This document shows, piece by piece, positions 9,264 to 18,978 of a stretch of 64,000 nucleotides of DNA (position 1 is the first letter of the stretch; each line of letters begins with the position of its first letter). This stretch comes from Gemmatimonadales bacterium. Its GTDB lineage: Bacteria; Gemmatimonadota; Gemmatimonadetes; Gemmatimonadales; GWC2-71-9. The position numbers and the translations under genes are program-made. The notes under the pieces were generated by a model. It saw nothing but the letters and a program-made list of their open reading frames with translations, searched no databases and had not been told where the DNA came from. The stretch lies in assembly GCA_041577295.1 (NCBI GenBank), contig JBFGJG010000019.1, forward strand, positions 8,464-72,463, given 5' to 3'.

Positions 9264-10829
9264 TTACGCGTCCACCAAGTACCCACGAGCGATCTGTTCG
9301 TACGCTCTGGTCTGACGCACAATCCACTGTTGATCCCGATCGAGGAGCTCTGCCATGACCTGCGCCACGCGCGGTGCCATGAGGAGAGCTGCACGCGCAT
9401 TCAAAAACGTGGCGCGGCTCCGCCGAGACAGATAATCGTCCACCGTGCGTGCCATCTCATGCTTCACCGACCAGACGATCTCCCCCGCCCGATACGGCAG
9501 TGCCGGATGGAGCTGGTCTGCGTAACCAGTGCCGGACTCGATCAGCGACTCCACCGCGGTCGCGTCGGCACCGTACCACGCCAGATCGCCGAAGCGGTCC
9601 GCATCGCGCATATGGCCGTGAATCCGCAGCGTTTTCGTGACACAAGGACGTTCCTCCAGATCGCCAATGGTAATGGCCTGATCGACACAATCCTCGGCCA
9701 TGTTGCGATAGGTCGTCCACTTCCCACCGGTGATGGTCATCAATCCGGAGTGTGAGATCTCGATCGTGTGATCGCGCGACAGCTCTGCCGTGTTCTCCGA
9801 TTCTCCCATGCGCACGAGCGGACGAATGCCGGCGAACACCGACAGAATGTCCTTCTTGGTGGGATCTCTCACGAGATATTGAATCGCCGTCTCGAGGATG
9901 AAATCGATCTCTTCCGGCTTGGCGCGAGGCTCCAACGGGCAGTCCTCTAGGGGAGTGTCAGTTGTGCCGACGATCACGTGATTGTGCCACGGCACGGCGA
10001 ATAAGACTCGTCCATCGGATGTGCGGGGCACCATGATCGCCGAGTCGCCGGCAAGAAACTCGCGCGGCAACGTGATGTGGACGCCCTGACTCGGGGAGAT
10101 CATGGGCTTTGCGTCGGGCTGGTCGAGACGACGAATGGCATCGGTGAAGGGCCCGGTGGCATTGATGACGACACGAGCACGCGCCGTCAGCTCCTGGTCA
10201 CCTTCGACGTCATGCACACGGACACCGGATACGAAGCCGCCGCCGTTCTTGATCAATTCTGTGACGCGCGCGTAGTTGATCACCGTGGCGCCCTGCTCGA
10301 AGGCCGTCCGGGCGAGGGCGATCAGCAAGCGCGCATCATCAAATTGGCCGTCGTGGTACAGGACTCCGCCGCGCAGGCCGGCCCGCTCGATATTGGGGAG
10401 CCGCTCGATGGTCTCAGCGACGGAAAGCGACTGCGACTTTCCAAACCGATACCTCCCGGCCAACACATCGTACACCTTCATCCCGACGCCGTAGAACGGC
10501 GCCTCCCACCACTCGTAGTTGGGAACGACAAACTCGAGGTCGCGCACCAGGTGGGGGGCGTTCTGGTGGAGGATCCCCCGCTCCCGTAGCGCCTCCATGA
10601 CGAGGGGGACGTTTCCCTGTTTCAGATAGCGTACCCCGCCATGCACCAGCTTTGTCGATCGCGTGGAGGTACCCTTTCCAAAGTCGGACTGCTCGAGCAG
10701 GAGGACGTCGTAGCCTCGAGAGGCAGCGTCTACAGCAACACCCATCCCCGTGGCGCCACCACCGATGATGAGCAGGTCCCAGGGAGCCGACCGTTCCAAA
10801 AGCCGGTCGATCATCGCATCACGGTCCAT
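9264..10829 (-). CDS. glpD: FAD-dependent glycerol-3-phosphate dehydrogenase/oxidase
   Basis: IIGGGATG, GTSTRSTKLVHGGVRYL, DGQFDDARL, GGKWTTYR. Confidence 0.95.
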   Translation of the reverse strand: MDRDAMIDRLLERSAPWDLLIIGGGATGMGVAVDAASRGYDVLLLEQSDFGKGTSTRSTKLVHGGVRYLKQGNVPLVMEALRERGILHQNAPHLVRDLEFVVPNYEWWEAPFYGVGMKVYDVLAGRYRFGKSQSLSVAETIERLPNIERAGLRGGVLYHDGQFDDARLLIALARTAFEQGATVINYARVTELIKNGGGFVSGVRVHDVEGDQELTARARVVINATGPFTDAIRRLDQPDAKPMISPSQGVHITLPREFLAGDSAIMVPRTSDGRVLFAVPWHNHVIVGTTDTPLEDCPLEPRAKPEEIDFILETAIQYLVRDPTKKDILSVFAGIRPLVRMGESENTAELSRDHTIEISHSGLMTITGGKWTTYRNMAEDCVDQAITIGDLEERPCVTKTLRIHGHMRDADRFGDLAWYGADATAVESLIESGTGYADQLHPALPYRAGEIVWSVKHEMARTVDDYLSRRSRATFLNARAALLMAPRVAQVMAELLDRDQQWIVRQTRAYEQIARGYLVDA

Positions 10830-11004
10830 GGGGGAGAATGGTAACCCCCGTACCGGACCTCGTCAGCGGTGCGGGGCCGGGTCCGGGCCCTCGGCAGCGA
10901 GATATTCGGAGATCGTGCCATGTGGAAGAACGGCGCCATTGATGCCGATGGCGAGTCTCGATGTCGTGGAGCGGCACACACAGCTGCCGACGGCGCTCCA
11001 CGCC

Positions 11005-11300
11005 ATAGGGAAGGTCGGGGACCGGAACGGCCTGTGGAGGTCGGGGGGATCGACTGGCTCGAGGACGCCGGAAACTACGTGCGCCTCCATGCCTGAGAGC
11101 AGACGTACTCGCTGCGCCGCGCACTCGGCTCCCCGGAACGTGCCTTCGATCCTAAGCGGCTCGTCCGGATTCACCGTTCGACCATCGTCAACCTCGATCG
11201 CGTCGTGAAGCTGCGACCGGAATGGCATGGAGACTTCGACGTCGTCCTCGCCGACAGATCCTGCTGCGCATGAGCCGCACGCATCGCTTGCGAGTGCATC
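11005..11300 (+). pseudogene. LytTR DNA-binding-domain pseudogene
   Basis: IDWLEDAGNYVRLHA*EQTYSLRR...DPKRLVRIHRSTIVNLDRV...HGDFDVVLAD, then LRMSRTHR in another frame; in-frame TGA at 11094-11096 and frameshift near 11255-11262. Confidence 0.85.
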
Positions 11301-11454
11301 CGAACGAGCGGTGCGGCGAGGGGCATACTTGTTGCGCTTGTGAGCTACTTCACTGGGACTTCCGGGCTCGGAGGACCAGTACAATGTCGCATCGGCTCAC
11401 CGTTGTCGATGACACGCGACGCCAACACGAGCCCGGGGCCACCACGGAGGACTC

Positions 11455-11826
11455 ATGGCGCGGTCTGCGAGCGAACGCGAAGGGATTCTCATCGGGACTG
11501 ACCAGCAATACCGCTGGCTCGATGGCATCGTCCGCGCGGTGGTGCTGCTGAACCTCGCCGACGCGCTCTTTACCCTGTGGTGGATTCACGCGGGACTTGC
11601 CGTCGAGGCGAATGCGCTCATGCGTGACCTGGTCGATCACGGGGCGCTTCCATTCGTGCTTGCGAAGATCGCGTTGGTCTCGCTGGGAGCGACATTCTTA
11701 TGGCTGCGCCGCACCCATGCGCTCGCCGTGGTAGCCATATTTGGGACCTTCCTCGTCTACTATCTCGTCCTCCTCTATCACATTCAATTCACCAGCCAGC
11801 TAGTCATCGTCCGCTTCGGACTGTAG
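11455..11826 (+). CDS. DUF5658-like small membrane protein
   Basis: GGAGG RBS; LLNLADALFT...EANALM...FVLAKI. Confidence 0.75.
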   Translation: MARSASEREGILIGTDQQYRWLDGIVRAVVLLNLADALFTLWWIHAGLAVEANALMRDLVDHGALPFVLAKIALVSLGATFLWLRRTHALAVVAIFGTFLVYYLVLLYHIQFTSQLVIVRFGL

Positions 11827-11966
11827 CGGCTGCGGGGGTTTGACCACCCGCCGGTTCTGATTACACTGCCGACCGACCACTAGCGCCCAGATACGTCTCA
11901 GGCGTTTCCCCAGCACCGTTCGGCGGGATGTGATCTCATGACGTTCGAGCCCGCGACCATGCACAG

Positions 11967-13511
11967 ATGACGAAGGTGACGGCCGCCACGTTACGGCGTT
12001 GGTGGGTGGCGCTCGCGTTGTTCACCGTACTCCTTCGGCTGCCGGCGCTGTTGCATCCCCGCCAAATCGACGACGAGGCGGTCTACGCTGTGGTGGCCGT
12101 CGAGATCGTGGAGGGGGGAAAGCCTTACGTCGACGCGGTGGAGCGAAAACCACCGCTGCTGTTTTGGACCTATTCGCTGGTCGTGGCGTTGGGGGGAGCC
12201 TACAACTGGTACGCCTTGCATCTGGCGTGCGCGATCTGGACCCTCCTCACCATGGCCGCGATCTACGCGCTCACAGCCCGTCTCTTTGAGCCGCGAGCGG
12301 GGCTCGTCGCGGCAGCGCTCTACTCGCTGTACGTCCCGTGGGCGACATGGAAGAACCTCGCGTTCAACGGCGAGGTGCTCATGAACCTCCCCATCGCCTG
12401 CGCCTTCCTTTTGACGCTGCGACCATCCTCATCGCGAACGCGTCCCGAGCTGGTGCTGGCCGGGGCGCTGTTGGCGGCGGCCTTTCTGCTGAAACAGCCT
12501 GGCGCCATTGCCGCGGTGCCGGCCGGGATCTACCTGCTGCTCCCCAGTTACCGGCGCGTTCGCGGGCTGGGGCTGGGGCACTCACTGTTGCACGCCGGGA
12601 GTCTGACGCTGGGATTTTGGCTGACGCTGGCTGGTGTGGCAGCCGTGCTGTGGCAGCAAGGGATACTCACAGAAGCCTACTTCTGGACGATCACCGATCA
12701 CGACGTCCCGCACGGGATCAGCGATCCTGTCTTTTGGGTCCGTGGTGGGCGGATGACGCTGGCGTTCGTGGGGGCATGCGCCCCGCTTGTTATCGGGAGC
12801 GCGATCGTGATCCGGGAGCGATGGGATGGCGCCGCCGAACGCTGGCGGGGGAAAGAGGCGGAGTTTGTAGCGTTGGCCCTACTGCTGGTTGCATCGGTGA
12901 TCGGCACAGCCGCAAGCGGCAGGTTCTACCCCCATTACTTCATCCAAGCGGTCCTTCCACTGTCTATCCTGGCGGCCCCGGTGATTGCTGAGGTGCTAGC
13001 CAACCGGCGGACGCGTCACCTGCGATGGTTGAGCCATCGTGTGATCGGTGTGTGGTTGGGGCTCACCGCCGTCGGGTTCCTCACGGCGCATGCGATTGGG
13101 CTCAGCCGGCAGCGCCAGGAGATGGACGTAGGGCGCTACGCGCGGGAACAGACCAGCGCCGACGCGCGAATCTTCGTCTGGGGTCAAGCGACGGGAGTCT
13201 ATTGCGATGCGCAGCGGCGACCGGCCTCCCGGTACATCGCCACGTTCCCGCTCACGGGCTACATCTTTGGGAGCCCGCTGAGCTGGGATCCCACCCACGA
13301 TACCGCACATCGGATTGTCTCGGGGAGTTGGGAATCATTCCTGGCGGATGTGCGCGCGCACCCCCCTACTCTCATCATTGACGTCGACGCGGCACGGAGA
13401 GTTCCCCGCTATCCGATTGAGCAATTCCCCATTCTGGCCGAGCTCGTCGCGTCGGAGTATGAACTGGTCTATCGCGGGCGGGAGGGTCACGTCTACCGGA
13501 GGCGCGGATAG
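11967..13511 (+). CDS. GT-C fold membrane glycosyltransferase (ArnT/PMT-like, GT39/83)
   Basis: DDEAVY, ERKPPLL, KQP, FYPHYF; many TM helices. Confidence 0.85.
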   Translation: MTKVTAATLRRWWVALALFTVLLRLPALLHPRQIDDEAVYAVVAVEIVEGGKPYVDAVERKPPLLFWTYSLVVALGGAYNWYALHLACAIWTLLTMAAIYALTARLFEPRAGLVAAALYSLYVPWATWKNLAFNGEVLMNLPIACAFLLTLRPSSSRTRPELVLAGALLAAAFLLKQPGAIAAVPAGIYLLLPSYRRVRGLGLGHSLLHAGSLTLGFWLTLAGVAAVLWQQGILTEAYFWTITDHDVPHGISDPVFWVRGGRMTLAFVGACAPLVIGSAIVIRERWDGAAERWRGKEAEFVALALLLVASVIGTAASGRFYPHYFIQAVLPLSILAAPVIAEVLANRRTRHLRWLSHRVIGVWLGLTAVGFLTAHAIGLSRQRQEMDVGRYAREQTSADARIFVWGQATGVYCDAQRRPASRYIATFPLTGYIFGSPLSWDPTHDTAHRIVSGSWESFLADVRAHPPTLIIDVDAARRVPRYPIEQFPILAELVASEYELVYRGREGHVYRRRG

Positions 13512-13543
13512 AAGGGTACGAGGACTGCTATCTTCGTAGGGGT

Positions 13544-15142
13544 ATGAACGTGCCCAGTCGAACGATCGCGGCGGCGGCCCTGCTTCTGAGCTGGCCCTCG
13601 GCGGCGCCCTCGCAGAGTCCACGAGTGACCGACCCACTTGCGGTGGCACGGATCGACTCCGTGATCGTCACCCAGCGCAACGTGTTTGACGAGGACGAGG
13701 CGCGTTCGAACTTTCTCTTCCGACTGTCCAACGCGTTTCACATTCAGACACGCAGTTTTGTCATCCGCCAGGAGCTGTTGTTCGCTCCTGGCGATCCCGT
13801 GGACACGCTCGTGTTGAACGAGACCGCGAGGAACCTTCGGGCGCTGGGGCTCTTCCGCGACGTCGACATCGACACCGTCCGCGTGGATGATCGCCTCGTT
13901 GCTCAGGTGGACGTGGCGGACGCGTGGACCACGACGCTCCAAGCGGATGCGCGCACGACGGGAGGGCAGGTGATGTGGGGGCTGGGTCTCAAGGAGAAGA
14001 ACATTCTGGGTACTGGCACCCTGTTTCGCACGAAGTTCCGCAAGGAGGTCGATCGAAACTCCTTTACGCTCGAGGCGTCCCAGAACCGGTTGCTGGCTTC
14101 GCGCGCGGGTTTCTTCTGGCGGTGGGACCAGCTCAGCGATGGCAACAAGGGCGACTGGGGTGTTGGTCTGCCATTTCGGGCGTTCGCGGATCGCAACGCT
14201 TTCGAGTTGACTGGCTCGTGGGCATCGCGCCGGGTCCTCCAGTTTCGCAACGGATTTCTCAACGATTCCTCGGGCCAATTCTTTCAGCGACTATTCTCGC
14301 TGAATATGCGCACGGCGGTGGCACCGAAGGCCTCCGAGAGCGGCTATGTGCGCTTGGGATTTCTTGCGCAACTAAAGCGCGAGGAGTACATGCTGTTGGC
14401 GGATACGGCGCGCGCGGTACCGGACACGGTGAGCGCAGCGGTCGGCGTCGGTATCGAGATGGCCAAAGCCAGATTCCTCGTCACCCAATACTATCTCGCA
14501 TTTGCCCGGGACGTCGACGTCGACATCTCTCCCCGGCTCGCCGTGGGTCTGTGGCTGGCACCGAGCGCGTTCGGATACGAGCGGACCGGCATCGGTCCGG
14601 TCCTCGATTTCCAGATCGGCGGATCGATAGGAGGGCGACACTTCGCGGTGATCGAGGGGCACGTCAACGGGCTGTTCACGTCCTCCGGCCTCGACTCCGG
14701 GCAGGTACGCGGTGTTCTGACCGCCGTGACGCAACCGATACCCCGAACGGCTACCGTGTTGCGCGTGGAAGCGGGCGTGCTCGAGGGAGCCCCCCCGTCT
14801 CACGAGTTCGACGTAGGCTTCGACCGTGGGCTGCGACGATTCCCCGCGCACGCTTTCACGGGGGAGGTTGAGCTCTGGTGGACGTTGGAGGAACGGGTGT
14901 TTCTCATCGATTCGTTCCTCAAGTTGTTTGGGATCGGATTTGCAGGGTTCGTCGACTATGGAGGCGCGTGGTTCCAGGACCAGCCCGCCCGTTTTGGTGG
15001 CAGCGTTGGCTTCGGGCTGCGGTTATCGTCCACCCGTGCAGGTGCCATCACCATGGGCCGGCTCGACCTCGCGTACCGCTTTGGCGAAGGATTCGGTGAC
15101 AGTCGCTGGGTGTTTAGCTTCGGCAGAAATGTTACGTTCTGA
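13544..15142 (+). CDS. Omp85 (BamA/TamA-like) outer-membrane protein with a POTRA domain
   Basis: Signal peptide; TRSFVIRQELLF..ETARNLRALGLF; GLRRFP, FVDYGGAW; C-terminal Phe. Confidence 0.85.
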   Translation: MNVPSRTIAAAALLLSWPSAAPSQSPRVTDPLAVARIDSVIVTQRNVFDEDEARSNFLFRLSNAFHIQTRSFVIRQELLFAPGDPVDTLVLNETARNLRALGLFRDVDIDTVRVDDRLVAQVDVADAWTTTLQADARTTGGQVMWGLGLKEKNILGTGTLFRTKFRKEVDRNSFTLEASQNRLLASRAGFFWRWDQLSDGNKGDWGVGLPFRAFADRNAFELTGSWASRRVLQFRNGFLNDSSGQFFQRLFSLNMRTAVAPKASESGYVRLGFLAQLKREEYMLLADTARAVPDTVSAAVGVGIEMAKARFLVTQYYLAFARDVDVDISPRLAVGLWLAPSAFGYERTGIGPVLDFQIGGSIGGRHFAVIEGHVNGLFTSSGLDSGQVRGVLTAVTQPIPRTATVLRVEAGVLEGAPPSHEFDVGFDRGLRRFPAHAFTGEVELWWTLEERVFLIDSFLKLFGIGFAGFVDYGGAWFQDQPARFGGSVGFGLRLSSTRAGAITMGRLDLAYRFGEGFGDSRWVFSFGRNVTF

Positions 15143-15191
15143 AGTTGGGATTGGCCGGATGGAATACCGATAGCTCGAGGAGCGGGATACC

Positions 15192-15401
15192 GTGGGCAAT
15201 CAACTCCAGAAACCCCTTAAACGCTCCACAGACGATCGCATGATCGCGGGCGTCTGTGGCGGCATCGCGAAGTGGCTCGACTGGGATCCGACCGTCGTTC
15301 GTGTCGCGTACGTCCTGCTCTCGCTATTCTCGGCCGCGTTCCCCGGCATCATCGCCTACATCATCCTCTGGCTCTTGATCCCCGAGGAAGGCTACGCCTG
15401 A
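15192..15401 (+). CDS. pspC: PspC-domain protein
   Basis: LKRSTDDRMIAGVCGGIA..DPTVVR..AYIILWLLIPEE. Confidence 0.9.
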   Translation: MGNQLQKPLKRSTDDRMIAGVCGGIAKWLDWDPTVVRVAYVLLSLFSAAFPGIIAYIILWLLIPEEGYA

Positions 15402-16210
15402 GTTACGTGGCGCACTTTGCGCATACGAGTGAGCACCCAGCCTCCCGCTAGTAGCAGGAACGTCATGAGGACTGCACCCGTGATCCGCGCGGGGAGGCTG
15501 GCCAGGCTCGCGTACGTCTGCATCTGCCCGTCGGCCGCGATGACGCGGATGCGCGGATTTCCCGCGATGCCGTCGAGCAACGGCAGACGTCCCATGATTC
15601 CCGTCGGTCCCCAGTAGTTGCCAAACCGTTCCAGCACGTACACCGCGCCGTCATTGATCGCTATCCCCGTTGGGAACCACAGCCCCCGGCTTCGGGCAAT
15701 GGTGGTAACGTGACCTGCTGGGGTCACTTTACGGACGCGATGGTTGTCATAATCGGCCACGTAGAGATTGCCAGATCCATCGACGCTAAAGGCCACCGGC
15801 CTGCGGAATCTGGCCTGGTGGCCGTTGGCGTCGCGAAAACCCGGCTCCGCACTCCCCGCCAAGATGACCACCGAGCCATCGGTCCGCCGCATGAGTATCC
15901 GGTTGCGATCGATGCGATATGCCGGACCTGATATCGCACCGGTGAACACCGTGTCCGGAAGATATCCTCCCTCGGGAAAGTCGACGGAACCGTCTGGTCG
16001 CACAAACAACACGTTGGTGTGAACACCCCGTGCGATCGCGGTGAGGCGGCCATCGGCCTCCACTCGCCAGACGATGTCTCGCGCCGTATCGCAGAAGTAC
16101 AGCCGGCCGGCGTCGTCGAATACGATGGCAGACCCAACGTGCGCTTCCGCGGGCGAGACGACCGCCGCCGTCGCCAGCAACACGCCGAGGACGTGAATGG
16201 ACCGGCTCAC
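15392..16210 (-). CDS. NHL-repeat protein with signal peptide and C-terminal TM helix
   Basis: GFRDANGHQARFRRP, GNLYVADYDNHRVRKV. Confidence 0.8.
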   Translation of the reverse strand: MSRSIHVLGVLLATAAVVSPAEAHVGSAIVFDDAGRLYFCDTARDIVWRVEADGRLTAIARGVHTNVLFVRPDGSVDFPEGGYLPDTVFTGAISGPAYRIDRNRILMRRTDGSVVILAGSAEPGFRDANGHQARFRRPVAFSVDGSGNLYVADYDNHRVRKVTPAGHVTTIARSRGLWFPTGIAINDGAVYVLERFGNYWGPTGIMGRLPLLDGIAGNPRIRVIAADGQMQTYASLASLPARITGAVLMTFLLLAGGWVLTRMRKVRHVTQA

Positions 16211-16635
16211 GCGAGCATCTCGAGCAGCCCTAGGAGTTCGTAGGTCTTGGGCGTCAGCTGATCGTGTACAGCTCGTTTCTTGAGCGCATTCGGGGGAACG
16301 AGTACGAACCCCATGCTCTCGGTCAGCACGGGTTCGAGACGAACGTAATCATCGAAATCGATGGTCAGGCGATAAAGGTGGTACACGGCGTCCGATAATC
16401 CCACCTCGTGCCGCTTGGGTTTGAGCTTGCGCGCTCGCTTAGCCAGAAGGCCACTGGCTTCTTCCTCAGCAAGCTCCCGGACGAGGCCATCAAACGGCTT
16501 TTCTCGGGGCTCGATATGGCCGCCCAAGAGCTCGAGCCTTCCGTGCTTGCGCATCCCTGGCGCCTGCTTGCGTGAGAACAACAGAAGGTCGTTCTCCCCT
16601 CGAACTGTGACGAGCACCTTGGCCACCTCCGGCAA
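16207..16635 (-). CDS. NUDIX hydrolase (start uncertain; TTG 16635 chosen)
   Basis: Nudix box GGHIEPREKPFDGLVRELAEE. Confidence 0.8.
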   Translation of the reverse strand: MPEVAKVLVTVRGENDLLLFSRKQAPGMRKHGRLELLGGHIEPREKPFDGLVRELAEEEASGLLAKRARKLKPKRHEVGLSDAVYHLYRLTIDFDDYVRLEPVLTESMGFVLVPPNALKKRAVHDQLTPKTYELLGLLEMLA

Positions 16636-16649
16636 ACGCCCCACGCGTC

Positions 16650-16850
16650 TCAGCGCTCCAAGCAAACGCCCTGTGGTCCCGATACGTCCGGACCGCAGCT
16701 GAGCGAACAGCACTCGAGATCCCCGATACAGCGTTCACCGGTGGACTTGCACACTGGGTTGGTTCCGGCGATGTCGCATCCGGCAAGTCCGGGCGAAACG
16801 AATGACACCACACCCAACAACAGAGCGAGCGAGACGCGTCGTTTGCGCAT
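16650..16850 (-). CDS. 66-aa lipoprotein with cystine-knot-like (C-C-CC-C-C) mature domain
   Basis: MRKRR, hydrophobic core, LAG-C lipobox; C-x6-C-x5-CC-x3-C-x10-C. Confidence 0.75.
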   Translation of the reverse strand: MRKRRVSLALLLGVVSFVSPGLAGCDIAGTNPVCKSTGERCIGDLECCSLSCGPDVSGPQGVCLER

Positions 16851-16873
16851 CCGGTGAGAGCGATGGCGTTGGA

Positions 16874-17659
16874 TCAAAACCCTGCCGTAATGCCGGTCTT
16901 GAGGGCCGTGTCGAGCGATCGCACGTCGTCGGGTGGGCGACTGTCGTATCGCAGATCGAACGAGACTAAGAGCGAGATACGCTGGCTGACTGGCACCGTG
17001 AGGTCGACCTCGGACAGGTTGCGCAAATCGCCAAAACGGTCGATTCGAGGCTGCAGGTAATTGATGGCGGTCAGGACGATGTCCCGCCCGAATTCGACCC
17101 GCACCGACACGTAATTACTCCAGCGGCTGACGTTGGTGGTGCGGGGATGTTGCGCGCCCAAGGGCAGATCGAGACGCTCGTGCTCGAACATGTAGGCCGA
17201 ACCCACTCGGATCTGGGCGGTTTCTGCCGCGAGCAGGCCGATACGGACCCCGCCACCGACCAACCAGCGAAGGTCGAGCCGCTGCGGCTTGTTGTAGTTG
17301 ACCTGGGCAAAGGCCTCCGGTCCGAACCGCGGACGCACCCGGTATCCCTGTCGGAGATGGACCAAGGCTGCGTTTGAGAACCGATCTCCGCCCTGAAAAC
17401 CTAGGTCGCCATTCACGATCAATAGTGTGCTGCTTCTCTCCGAGTTGTGATCCAACCTTCCGCGAAGCGTAAACTGCACGATATCGACGTTGCCCGTGCG
17501 CACCGAGAGGTCGAGTCCGGCGGTGCCGGAAACCCCAAGCGCATTCTCGTCGGGTCGCAGACTCTCGATGTTGACCTGTGCAGCGGCCGGGCCCGCATTC
17601 GCGACGAGGAGAGTTACGATTGTCGTCCAGCGCACGGTGCTGTTGGCAGCTCGTTTCAT
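16874..17659 (-). CDS. DUF481-family outer-membrane beta-barrel
   Basis: AAA-QVNIESLR, GN motif, YQP-like YLQPRIDRFGDLR, YDSRPP, C-terminal Phe. Confidence 0.8.
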   Translation of the reverse strand: MKRAANSTVRWTTIVTLLVANAGPAAAQVNIESLRPDENALGVSGTAGLDLSVRTGNVDIVQFTLRGRLDHNSERSSTLLIVNGDLGFQGGDRFSNAALVHLRQGYRVRPRFGPEAFAQVNYNKPQRLDLRWLVGGGVRIGLLAAETAQIRVGSAYMFEHERLDLPLGAQHPRTTNVSRWSNYVSVRVEFGRDIVLTAINYLQPRIDRFGDLRNLSEVDLTVPVSQRISLLVSFDLRYDSRPPDDVRSLDTALKTGITAGF

Positions 17660-17871
17660 GCACGAATGATCAACCGAAGAAGCGGGACAGGTGCCTGAGG
17701 AGGGCCAACATAGTGGGCACGCGTACGACGCACAACACGCTTTACTCCAACTGGTGACGTGACACTGTGGGCAGAGGGCGAGGGGGAGACTCGTCACTAA
17801 GTGTGTGTGACGCAGCCACATCAGCTGCGGTTGTTAGGTTCGTCACAGCTTGAGCAGACCGTCCCTGTCTA

Positions 17872-18924
17872 TTGTCGCCCCCGACTGGAGCGCAGGGAGG
17901 TCTGAAATTGTCGCTGAATCGTGAGCAAAAACTCGCCGCTTGGACCACTCCGCTGAATGGCATCTTGTGCTTGGCGCTCGTGTTGGCATGTGAGATTCCC
18001 GAGCCACCGGATGCCGTTTGGGTACACATTCCCGAGGGAGCCTCGCTTGAAGCGGTTTCGGAATCCCTTGCGACCCACGCAATCGTGTCATCGGCTGCAT
18101 CCTTTGCGCGGTTCGCGCGGATGGGCCAGAAGCACTTGGGAATCAAGCCTGGCACCTACCCCTTCCGCCCGCGCACTCCGATGGGCAAGGTGCTCGGTGC
18201 CCTTCGCAAGGGCCGTCCCCCAGTCCAGCGGGTCGTGGTCCGCGAGGGGGGGTGGTTAGATGAGATTGCCGCGACGGTCCAGCAGCGGATGGGGATTCCT
18301 GCTGAGAGCCTACACGCAGCGGCTCGGGATTCCGCGCTGCGCTCCATCGCCGGCACTCGGGGGCAGAACGTCAATGGGTACCTGTTCCCGACCACGTACT
18401 ACGTCCCAGTCCACGCGTCGGCACACGAGGTGCTTCGGCAAATGGTCGACACGTTCGTGACGCGCTGGCGGCCGGAATGGAATGCGCGGCTCGACACGTT
18501 GGGGCTCAGTCGCGATGAGCTCGTAACGCTTGCGTCGATCGTCGAAGGGGAATTAGTCCACGGGGGCGACCGCGGCGAGATTGCGTCGGTCTATCACAAC
18601 CGGCTCGCGCGCGGGATGCGGTTGCAAGCTGATCCCACCGTTGTCTACGCGTTGGGTAAGAGACGACGGCTCTACCACGGCGACTATGCGGTCAAATCTG
18701 AATACAACACCTATCGCTTCAACGGGCTGCCGCCCGGTCCGATCAATCAGCCATCGCTCGGCAGTTTGGAGGCGGTGCTCTATCCGCCCGATACGGAGTT
18801 CCTCTATTTCGTGGCGCAACGCGACGGTCGGCACGCGTTTTCACGGACCTACAAAGAGCACCTCCGGTCCATCAGGGAAATCCGTGGCAGACGGGTGAAG
18901 CCAAAGCAGGCGGCCGGTCAGTGA
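17872..18924 (+). CDS. mltG: Endolytic transglycosylase MltG (YceG family); start uncertain
   Basis: GYLFPTTY, LASIVEGE, VYHNRL..GMRLQADPTVVY, YNTY..GLPPGPI, LYFVA. Confidence 0.93.
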   Translation: MSPPTGAQGGLKLSLNREQKLAAWTTPLNGILCLALVLACEIPEPPDAVWVHIPEGASLEAVSESLATHAIVSSAASFARFARMGQKHLGIKPGTYPFRPRTPMGKVLGALRKGRPPVQRVVVREGGWLDEIAATVQQRMGIPAESLHAAARDSALRSIAGTRGQNVNGYLFPTTYYVPVHASAHEVLRQMVDTFVTRWRPEWNARLDTLGLSRDELVTLASIVEGELVHGGDRGEIASVYHNRLARGMRLQADPTVVYALGKRRRLYHGDYAVKSEYNTYRFNGLPPGPINQPSLGSLEAVLYPPDTEFLYFVAQRDGRHAFSRTYKEHLRSIREIRGRRVKPKQAAGQ

Positions 18925-18978
18925 TGCCAAATCGATAAGGGATAGGCAAGGGGGAGCGCATCCTCGCCGTCAACCCTC

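Noticed and set aside
11094..11096. In-frame TGA as selenocysteine or recoding
   Set aside because: The position is not a Cys site in LytTR domains and a frameshift follows, so pseudogenisation is simpler
16636..16713. NUDIX start at 16713
   Set aside because: It would overlap the Cys-rich lipoprotein by 64 bp; a start near 16635 fits better
17754..17847. Alternating GTGACG/CGTCAC motifs between the DUF481 gene and mltG as an ncRNA or operator
   Set aside because: Short, irregularly spaced and matching no family I know; plausible by chance in GC-rich DNA
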